Origin: Epithemia pelagica
Taxonomy: Eukaryota > Protista > Bacillariophyta
DNA length: 64,000 nucleotides
Reading direction: 5' to 3'
NCBI GenBank assembly: GCA_946965045.2
Contig: OX337234.1
Location: 434,001-498,000 of the forward strand
Numbering within the stretch: position 1 is the stretch's first letter; each line of letters opens with the position of its first letter. Both the position numbers and the translations under genes were made by a program. The notes under the pieces were generated by a model. That model was not told the DNA's origin. It saw only the letters and a list, made by a program, of their open reading frames with translations, and did not search any database. This document shows positions 1-7,855 of the stretch, piece by piece.

Positions 1-7
1 CGATCTG

Positions 8-889
8 TTGACCGGGCTGTCGATCTCCTGGCGTAACGCCGTCGCCAACATGAATGTCGGAGTCGGATCTGTTGTAGGAAATTTTGAATGGGAGCAAGCA
101 CTTTTGACGGGAGGAACAGGAAAACTTTCGGAAAATGATGGGACCCCATTGGCACTGAAATGGCTCTTTGGTAAGTTGGATCAAGCGCTTGCTGTGGACG
201 GCAAGAAGCTAGGCATAAGAGACGTGAAAGGAAAGAAATTAGCACCTATCAAGGCCGATCGAAAGGTGGCAAACGGCAAGTCTGACGGATGTGTTACGGA
301 GGAATCAATGCTCGTACTTTGTGAGCGGTCTCAGGAATCGTTCTACACATACGGTATGGCACTGGTCGAGATGAAGACCGACAGGACGCCGATGAATAAG
401 GCCCAAATGTTACTCCAGCTTGCTGCTTTCTCGAGGGAAAGTGTATGGGGGCAATCAACAATTCTGCTGGGTACGGATGGGAACAAGAAATGGTACTTGG
501 TACAATTTGAGGCCCTCAACAGCATGTTGATAACCCAGTACTATGATGGGCGGGAGTGTTTGAATGAATTTGAATCTCTCCTGAAGTCTTTGAAAACCAG
601 GGAGGCAAAACTGCGAGGTAGCAAGCGCGCTAAACTTGCTCCAGTATTGGAAGAACAGTTTCAATCAGAACATCATCTTCCTGGGGCTTCTACCCCGGGC
701 ACAGCTTCTCTAGCATGGACCGATGGAGCGGGAGAAGGCCAGGATGCTGTGGACAAGGCAATAGAGAACGAGGCTCTGTTACATCGACTTGCTAACGCAC
801 TTGCGGAGTCACCTTTGAGTGACGGAGTCCGCCCATCTCTTCCGGAATGGTCTCTTGCTAAAAATGTGGTTCCTTCATACTATACGTAG
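8..889 (+). CDS. Hypothetical protein, probable PD-(D/E)xK restriction-endonuclease-like fold (Crinkler C-terminal-like); 5'-partial
   Basis: Open frame from the window edge. Motifs GKSDG...ALVEMK...AQMLLQL...LLGTDGNKKWYLVQF resemble the D...ExK...Q and LLTD..W pattern of CRN/REase-like domains. The true start is probably upstream of the window. Confidence 0.5.
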   Translation: MTGLSISWRNAVANMNVGVGSVVGNFEWEQALLTGGTGKLSENDGTPLALKWLFGKLDQALAVDGKKLGIRDVKGKKLAPIKADRKVANGKSDGCVTEESMLVLCERSQESFYTYGMALVEMKTDRTPMNKAQMLLQLAAFSRESVWGQSTILLGTDGNKKWYLVQFEALNSMLITQYYDGRECLNEFESLLKSLKTREAKLRGSKRAKLAPVLEEQFQSEHHLPGASTPGTASLAWTDGAGEGQDAVDKAIENEALLHRLANALAESPLSDGVRPSLPEWSLAKNVVPSYYT

Positions 890-1421
890 AGGGGAAGGAT
901 TGAAACCATTCTAAGAAAGCTTTTCCCCTAGCTCACACATGCTAACCCCAAAATACAAATGTCACCGCTCAAGATTTTCTGCAATTCTGAAGATCCACAG
1001 CGACTACCTCTGTTTAGAATTAAGGTGTTGTGGAATCGAAATACTGCGCTACCAGCCACCTTAATCCAACTATTAGTCGTATGTACGTCGTCCGCAAACT
1101 GTCCCCCCAATGGAGATTTTTTTCTCGATTCATATCCTATTTTCCATAAAAAATCAGAAAGGACACGCCGGCATTTCCTTGTCACATTTCAAATCAGTTT
1201 GAGCGACCCAGCGTGCATGACGGTTGCCGTTGGTTTTATGAGCTGTCGCTCGCGAGCGTCTGGAATTTGAATCGTGTTGATCAGAGGACGCCCGCCAACC
1301 TTCAACTGTCACTTGCACGCCGGCCATTCTACATGACGATTTGCTTTTGGGACATTTTATGGGGGAGAAGGACAGAGTTCTGTGCGGACGACGTACGTAC
1401 GGTTTATAGGTGGTCATGGCA

Positions 1422-1429
1422 GTGCGGAC
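1422..1429 (+). repeat. Left 8-bp target-site duplication GTGCGGAC
   Basis: Identical to 7815-7822 and immediately outside the TIR. 8 bp is the canonical hAT TSD length. Confidence 0.97.
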
Positions 1430-1444
1430 CAGGGTTGTGAAGTA
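1430..1444 (+). repeat. Left terminal inverted repeat (15 bp)
   Basis: CAGGGTTGTGAAGTA is the exact reverse complement of 7800-7814. Confidence 0.97.
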
Positions 1445-1790
1445 AAAAGTAACAAAGTCCCAAGTATGTAGAGAATTTTACTTTACTTTTGTGTTTTTTC
1501 GTCATTCCCATTCAATTCCATTCCGACCTCTTACACGACTTCTTATTCCCAAGTAAATCCCCTATATTTGATTATAGTTACTTTCATCCGTTAAGTCAAG
1601 TCTCCTTCCCTATTTGTGTTACTTTAATTCTCGAAGTAATTCTCTCTCCACTGGACCAATGAATTACAATTCCCCTACCTTCAGGCCCAAAGTACTCTAC
1701 AGAAGTCATAATTCTAAGTCTGCGACCCACAGTACGAAAGTCATTTGTTAATGTGTCGTATCAAAAGCAAACACCAAATGACTGTTTGAC

Positions 1791-1824
1791 CCAACAACCA
1801 ACAACCAACAACCAACAACCAACC
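1791..1824 (+). repeat. (CAACCAA)n heptamer microsatellite upstream of the transposase
   Basis: ccaacaaccaacaaccaacaaccaacaaccaacc read directly. Confidence 0.85.
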
Positions 1825-1910
1825 ACTAACAACTTGAGGTGCAAAGATACAAGTACATCCCACACACACAGGCAATACACAATACGTAAACGAACGCTCA
1901 AGACAACAAC

Positions 1911-4900
1911 ATGGCTCCTCCTACGAAGAAGAAAGCATCGAGACGTTCGTCACAAGACAATAGCGAGGAAGCTCTTGATCCAGCCTCCTCCGCCAGGCTG
2001 AAGGCTCATCATTCGCAGATTAAACAGGAAAAGGATCTTATCCCCCTTCTTCCAGCACCATCATCTCAAATTTTTTCCTCCACTCCGGCTCCTTTATGGG
2101 AGTGGTCGCTCCATATCGATTGGCCAAAGTTTGAAAAGTTCCTGGAAGAATCGGAAGAACAAAAATGTGATTTTTCCATGTACGACGGTATAACCAAGCT
2201 TATTTCGAACTACAAGAAGATAATGTTCTCGTCTCATAATGAGAAAAAAACCAAAGGAGGACGCAAGAAAAAGATGGTCCCAGTCACGAAGGCTAGCAAA
2301 ATGGAAGAACTTGCTAAGCATGTTGTTATTTGCCCGCTTTGCTTCAAGGACAAGACATGTCCTCTTGACGAAGCTGTTATTGGAGCGTCGGGCAAGACTT
2401 CTAATATTCAACAGCACAGGGATTCTGCGCGTCATGCCGGTGTTGACTTCACACCTGATAAGCCGAAGTCCAGTCAGACTACCATTGGACAGTTTGCTAC
2501 CAGCCAAGTTGTCACGAGAACAGGCATACGTAAGGAATTCCGTCGCCTTATATATGAATTCGTGAACGACTGCTGTCTACCGGCGTCCACGGTAGAAAAA
2601 CCGCAATTTCGGGCCTTACTACAATATGCAAGCGCACATGGTCTTCAATTGAAAGACTCTAAGGCCGAAAACATGAGTCGTCGGGAAATTTCACGAATGC
2701 GACTCGATTCCTACGAAGAATTCTTATTTGTTGTATCCGATCTTGGCAACAAAGTCCGCTCTGCCTATGAAAAACTGTGCAAGCAACAAATACCATTTGC
2801 CACAATATGCCATGATATTTGGAATGGACCCAAATGTGACATCCTCGGGGTCACTATCATGTTCACGGATCCTCGGAACTGCAAGGTATACCGCATTCCG
2901 ATTGGACTGGCCGAAATTAGAGGCCACACGGCTGCAGACGTGTCCAAGCTGACCCATGCTCTGTTAAATGCCGTTGGATTCTCGCAGAGTGATTTATGTG
3001 CGTCAGTCAATGACAATACGGCGTCCGCCGTATTGGCTGGCAAATACATCGTGGGCACACCACGCACTGGAAAGGGTGGAAAGTGCGATATGCACAAAGC
3101 TGAGTTAATACTCAAGCACGCCACTGGACTCGTACAGCGTTCACGCAATCGAGAAGTAATCGACTCAAATCCAGACTTCATCCAAGTGTACTCGGTAGCC
3201 AAAGGATTCGCAGCATGGCTCATGAGCAGTCGGGCTCCACAAAGGTTTCAGAACCTATGTGATCATGCCGCGAGAATGGGTGCCATTGTTATAGCGATAC
3301 CCCTGCCCAATGAGACCCGAGTATCTGGCTGTATTTTATTGATTGTTGCATTGCTTCGCAACAAATGGATCATGGACGATTACGCGGCGCGAACCATTGG
3401 AGCAGATTTGGGATTTAAACGACGCTATCCCTCCCCCCATGTTTGGGAGATACTAGCTCAATTCGAGGCAATCCTTGCCCCTTTAAAAGCGGTGTCACTG
3501 TCTCTTCAAATTGACGCTCCCGGTTCCTCGTCCGCATCCTTGTTAGAGCTATATAGCGCAAGGCATGTTGCCGTCAACATGCAGTATGAGGAAATTGAAT
3601 GTTTGCCAATGACAGAAACAGAGGAACAACCTATCGCAAAGTGGGACGCGAAGAAGACGATCGACGATCTTGAGGAGAGTCGGAAAAAGATTGCTTTCGA
3701 AGACTTGGAGCCACAAAGTCGAAAACTTATTCGACGCGTGGTGAAAGAGTACAAGACCTATGTGGTCCACGAGAAAGATGAAGACGCGGAAAAGGCCATG
3801 TGCTGCAATCCACTATTGGCAAATATATTTGAAGATTTTTTCAAGGAGATGGATGCATATACTGAAAACGACATAGCCCGAGTGAAAGCCATGTTCGTGG
3901 AAGATATGGTTCGGAAGTTTTCTAGTAACAAGGTATCACGCCTTGGAGCTCTATTTGCCAAAGCAGCCGGCAATTCCCAGAATGTCCAGAATGTGGAGAC
4001 TGAACCCACTGAAAAAGTGGATGGCAAGCCCCCTGCAAAGAAGAAGAAATCGAAAGTTGCGAGTGCCTTTGCGAAAATCCGAGAGGCACGGGAAAAAAAG
4101 CAGCAAAACTTGCTAAACGTATCCGGCAGGGCAAGTCAGGCTGGACAGGAATCCCAACGAGTGGAAGAACTACGAAAGGCTTGCCGAGAATGCTGGGTTG
4201 ACTTTAAAAAAATGTGTGAATTGCTCATTGACCATCGATGGGAAATAGTCATCAAGAAATATTGCACTGTCGAGTTCAGTGAAGAGTCTCAAAAATGGGG
4301 TCAAGACGAGTGGGACGAATTCAAGGACGCTTGTGCCAATAACTACTATCTGGCAGTTGCCCGATACTTTGATGTGATGAAATGGTGGAGGGACCATGCA
4401 AATGAATATCCATTTCTCTTCCCTTCAGCATTGATTTGGCTCACGAAACCACCCACGAACGCCTTTCAAGAGCGTGTTTTTTCTTCGAGTACTTGGTTTC
4501 ATTCAAACAAGCTCATGTCGAATACACTGGAGAAACACAACGAAATGCGGACCATTGAGTACCAGACACGCTCTTTAAGGAAGAAGATCATAGAGCGAGA
4601 GAAGGAACTAACTCGCCGACAACAGTTGGATGAACCTATCCAGGCAGGTAGAAAGCAGGACAAGACGGTAATTGACACGACACAGGACAACAATGAAGAC
4701 ATGCAAGGTGGTGATAGTGCAGCTAATGCCATTTTGGTACAAGACTCTACAGGACAGCCCTCGGAACAAAACGGAGTGGAGGCTCAAGATGATGCTACCA
4801 GTTTCGGTGCTAACAGTGTCCAAAAGGAAACCACGAATCCACACAGTGAGGCAGAGAAAGAACAAGGAAGACAGCTAAGAATGGCCGCCGCAATCAAGCG

Positions 4901-5537
4901 AGCAACGGAGGAGTTGTCGGCGTACAACAAGAAAGCAGTTGTACCAGACCTTGACAATTCAGGGACGGTAGAAGCGTCTCGAAAAGAGAACTCAGAGAAG
5001 ACACAGAAGGCCGGGAAGAATGAAGAGAAAAACGACAAAGCCCAAACGACATGTGAGGGTGAGGAGCATGAACAATCATTGATGAAGTTCTTTGCAGAGA
5101 GCGATGATCCCGATGTGGGTGACACCCCCATGGAGGCAGATGATATAATTGTTGTCAGCATACCAGTTGAGGATGACACTCCCCAACAAGATGGGGAAAC
5201 TGTCGAAGATATGGACGAAAGTGATGCTGGTCTACTTCGTGCATTGAGAGAAGAGATTGCAGCCATACAAGTTGAATCGACCGGTGGTACACCTCTTTTG
5301 TCTGGTACAGGGACCCAAACAACGGATAGTACATTGGAGCAGTACAGTTCCCCTTCGGCAAACCAAGAGAAGCAAGGTGCAACCAAGCAACCAATGTCTG
5401 AGGAAGCAACAGGAAGCAAAAACGCTGACAAACATGACAAAAAGAAATCACGGGCAAGATCAAGTGATAAGAGTGATGACAACCAAACACCTAGCAAACG
5501 ACCAAAAAGAACATCAGCAAGACTCTCTTCGCCGTGA
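1911..5537 (+). CDS. hAT family transposase (1208 aa) with a long acidic C-terminal tail
   Basis: BED-like zinc finger (CPLC...TSNIQQH...H), first catalytic D (CHDIWNG), second D (VNDNTAS), CxxH (CDMH), and hAT dimerisation domain with the catalytic E (KWWRDHANEYPFL...PPTNAFQERVFS). Lies between matching TIRs. Confidence 0.93.
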   Translation: MAPPTKKKASRRSSQDNSEEALDPASSARLKAHHSQIKQEKDLIPLLPAPSSQIFSSTPAPLWEWSLHIDWPKFEKFLEESEEQKCDFSMYDGITKLISNYKKIMFSSHNEKKTKGGRKKKMVPVTKASKMEELAKHVVICPLCFKDKTCPLDEAVIGASGKTSNIQQHRDSARHAGVDFTPDKPKSSQTTIGQFATSQVVTRTGIRKEFRRLIYEFVNDCCLPASTVEKPQFRALLQYASAHGLQLKDSKAENMSRREISRMRLDSYEEFLFVVSDLGNKVRSAYEKLCKQQIPFATICHDIWNGPKCDILGVTIMFTDPRNCKVYRIPIGLAEIRGHTAADVSKLTHALLNAVGFSQSDLCASVNDNTASAVLAGKYIVGTPRTGKGGKCDMHKAELILKHATGLVQRSRNREVIDSNPDFIQVYSVAKGFAAWLMSSRAPQRFQNLCDHAARMGAIVIAIPLPNETRVSGCILLIVALLRNKWIMDDYAARTIGADLGFKRRYPSPHVWEILAQFEAILAPLKAVSLSLQIDAPGSSSASLLELYSARHVAVNMQYEEIECLPMTETEEQPIAKWDAKKTIDDLEESRKKIAFEDLEPQSRKLIRRVVKEYKTYVVHEKDEDAEKAMCCNPLLANIFEDFFKEMDAYTENDIARVKAMFVEDMVRKFSSNKVSRLGALFAKAAGNSQNVQNVETEPTEKVDGKPPAKKKKSKVASAFAKIREAREKKQQNLLNVSGRASQAGQESQRVEELRKACRECWVDFKKMCELLIDHRWEIVIKKYCTVEFSEESQKWGQDEWDEFKDACANNYYLAVARYFDVMKWWRDHANEYPFLFPSALIWLTKPPTNAFQERVFSSSTWFHSNKLMSNTLEKHNEMRTIEYQTRSLRKKIIEREKELTRRQQLDEPIQAGRKQDKTVIDTTQDNNEDMQGGDSAANAILVQDSTGQPSEQNGVEAQDDATSFGANSVQKETTNPHSEAEKEQGRQLRMAAAIKRATEELSAYNKKAVVPDLDNSGTVEASRKENSEKTQKAGKNEEKNDKAQTTCEGEEHEQSLMKFFAESDDPDVGDTPMEADDIIVVSIPVEDDTPQQDGETVEDMDESDAGLLRALREEIAAIQVESTGGTPLLSGTGTQTTDSTLEQYSSPSANQEKQGATKQPMSEEATGSKNADKHDKKKSRARSSDKSDDNQTPSKRPKRTSARLSSP

Positions 5538-5634
5538 AAGATTACGGAGAGAATGATTTGAGCAAAGAAGACAACAAAGGAATAGTAGTAAACATACATG
5601 ATAAGAAAGAAAGTATATGAACGATGGGTCATTG

Positions 5635-7254
5635 TTATAGGTACACTCGGGCCATGGTGTTCATGGTACTACGAATAATGGTGTTGTTGTTGAAGTTGTC
5701 TAGGGAGGCCATAACTTTGGAAGCGGAGTCTTTGGATTGAAGTAGCTGTCCTAATGATCCAAAGAGTGGATTGATTTTGGGCCATGTTGGAGATGGTATC
5801 CACGAGGTGAGCAGATGAGAGCATCTAAAAGAATCGTTCTCCATCTTATAACCTTTGCTCCAATGAAGATGATAGCACCATCTGAAAACATGAATGTCGC
5901 AAGGAATGCCTTCGTTCCTTCCGAAAGAAGATGAAATCACAATCATTGCGGTCTTGTGTCCAATGCCAATTAGCCGTTCGAATTGTGCAAGAGAAATATC
6001 TCGTGGAATTGTGCCGTCGTGGTACTGTATGAAGTAGTCGGCACAGTTAACAATGCGTTCGGCATTGAGATAATACCGTCCCGATTCGGAAATGAGTGAA
6101 CAGAAAGCGTCCATTCCGTATTGGATGGCGATCTCAATACAAGCTGATGAAGAGGTGATGCCAATGGAGAACAACCGAGGGATGATCTTACCCAACTGAC
6201 TGTCTGTTGTGCTTGAACTCATAATGATAATGACGAGGCACATAAATGCTCTGTCAGGTGGGTAGGTGTCTTCTTTATCTACTTTGGTTTCCAAGTAGTC
6301 GTCCATCCATCGCTCCCAATTGTCTCGGGGTGCAACTATCCCCTGGTCTTGGAGGTGTTGATGGAATCGAAGGAGAGACAAGAGAATGGAAAGTTGCTTT
6401 TCCTTCTGTTCGGGGTCCAGTTTGGGAACCGGAGGAAAATGGCGGTGGTGAATGGCCGTAAGTTTGGGTGGAGTACCCGGCATGTGCCGATTAGGATCTG
6501 CCTGGTAGTTAATCTTGATTTTGGAACAAGATGCAGATTGAAGGTACTTCGCCATCTGTTGGTTACGCTTGCGAGTAGGGTAGGGATGGAAAAACAATGA
6601 AGAGCGAGATACATTGTGCTTTTGATTGGAGGGGCGGGTTGGGGATTGGATCATTGTCAAGGTATTTTTTTTATGACTTGTCAGTGTCGCATGAATTTCT
6701 TGTTGTAAAATTTCAAGGAATGGAAAGATGGTATTCGGTACGAACACAAACAGAGGACCTTGTTGTTGATAGGGGAGTGGTGTTTCAACAGCGAAGCGGC
6801 AATTACATCGTATCATCCACGAGATAACAAGGGAACCCACTTTGGTAGTAACATTGGGTTGGTCCAATATGTAGTCGGCACACTTCATCAACAACATATT
6901 GCTGGTTTTGCTTCGAATGCGGGAAAAGGTAGGAGAACAAGTAATCTCGAGGCAGGGATTTCCATCCATTGGGTATTCGGTGTTGATAGAGTGAGATCCT
7001 TCGGGATCCATTATTGCTTGGACAATTGTGGTGGAAATTTTGTTGATTGTCTGCAGAGAGGGAATGCTGTTGGATTCACAGTAATGCGTCCTTGACCGGA
7101 ATGTGTTGACCTGTCGGATCGATATGGTACGACCCGTCCGGATGAGCCAAGTGTTGATGCCTTGTACAATGGTTTGGTGAAGTAGACATACATCGTCATC
7201 ATCGGAGTCATCAGTGACAAGATGTGTCTGAATCTCTTCCTCAAGGAACTCCAT
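5635..7254 (-). CDS. Endonuclease III/Nth-like HhH-GPD DNA glycosylase/AP lyase with a ~300-aa unknown N-terminal region (transposon cargo)
   Basis: FMCLVIIIMSSSTTD (cf. LMLSSQTKD), HhH IGIGHKTA (catalytic Lys), GIPCDIHVFR (catalytic Asp), W.P..W..IN.L.GSLGQ. No 4Fe-4S cysteine cluster. Start chosen at ATG 7254 (MEFLEE); the ORF track extends to 7338. Confidence 0.88.
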   Translation of the reverse strand: MEFLEEEIQTHLVTDDSDDDDVCLLHQTIVQGINTWLIRTGRTISIRQVNTFRSRTHYCESNSIPSLQTINKISTTIVQAIMDPEGSHSINTEYPMDGNPCLEITCSPTFSRIRSKTSNMLLMKCADYILDQPNVTTKVGSLVISWMIRCNCRFAVETPLPYQQQGPLFVFVPNTIFPFLEILQQEIHATLTSHKKNTLTMIQSPTRPSNQKHNVSRSSLFFHPYPTRKRNQQMAKYLQSASCSKIKINYQADPNRHMPGTPPKLTAIHHRHFPPVPKLDPEQKEKQLSILLSLLRFHQHLQDQGIVAPRDNWERWMDDYLETKVDKEDTYPPDRAFMCLVIIIMSSSTTDSQLGKIIPRLFSIGITSSSACIEIAIQYGMDAFCSLISESGRYYLNAERIVNCADYFIQYHDGTIPRDISLAQFERLIGIGHKTAMIVISSSFGRNEGIPCDIHVFRWCYHLHWSKGYKMENDSFRCSHLLTSWIPSPTWPKINPLFGSLGQLLQSKDSASKVMASLDNFNNNTIIRSTMNTMARVYL

Positions 7255-7799
7255 AAGGGAGAAAGGACAGTATAAGACAAAGTGAAGTCGGCATCTGGAT
7301 TTGAATAGGATGTGGTTGTTACTGTGGTAGAACGACATTATGAAAACATCATGGCTTGGTTTCAGGATTCAGGATTGAGAGTTAGAGTCTGGTGATTTGC
7401 GAAGCACCGTCGAACCGGCGCCAAAAGGAACACGAAACGCTGGAAGAGACTTATCCTAACGCTGCTCCTTTTTGTATTTAGCACTATACTGCATTATAGG
7501 TTACTTAAGTCGCTTAGAGCAGTTACTTAAGTAATAAAGTTAAGTAATTACTTTTGGATTAAAGTCAAAGTCAAAGTCACGGGTGGAATGAGAGTAAGTA
7601 AGTCAGTGGTATAAATATGAAGAATTTACTTACGGTGAAAAGTCTAAGTCAAGTAAGAAATGCTTTAATAGTGACTTATTAGTGTGTAAGTCAATTCGTT
7701 ATCGATCACGCAGTTACTTGTTATTCATTAAGTATAGTTGACTACATATTTTAGACATACTTGATAGTAACTAATTAAAGTACATATACTAAATACCGC

Positions 7800-7814
7800 T
7801 ACTTCACAACCCTG
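7800..7814 (-). repeat. Right terminal inverted repeat (15 bp)
   Basis: TACTTCACAACCCTG, the reverse complement of the left TIR. Confidence 0.97.
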
Positions 7815-7822
7815 GTGCGGAC
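7815..7822 (+). repeat. Right 8-bp target-site duplication GTGCGGAC
   Basis: Identical to 1422-1429. Confidence 0.97.
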
Positions 7823-7855
7823 ACACCGTCACCACCACAATTACACAATGGATTG

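Larger units (their letters stand above)
1430..7814 (+). mobile_element. Complete hAT-superfamily DNA transposon (6,385 bp) carrying a transposase and a cargo HhH-GPD glycosylase gene
   Basis: Perfect 15-bp TIRs (1430-1444 CAGGGTTGTGAAGTA; 7800-7814 TACTTCACAACCCTG), perfect 8-bp TSD, AT-rich subterminal regions and an intact hAT transposase ORF. Confidence 0.96.

Noticed and set aside
4784-5632. 282-aa antisense ORF and many other long overlapping ORFs (e.g. 8754-9416, 33937-34813, 37266-38189, 43830-44736, 46763-47617)
   Set aside because: Shadow frames of well-supported genes on the other strand or frame; no recognisable motifs.
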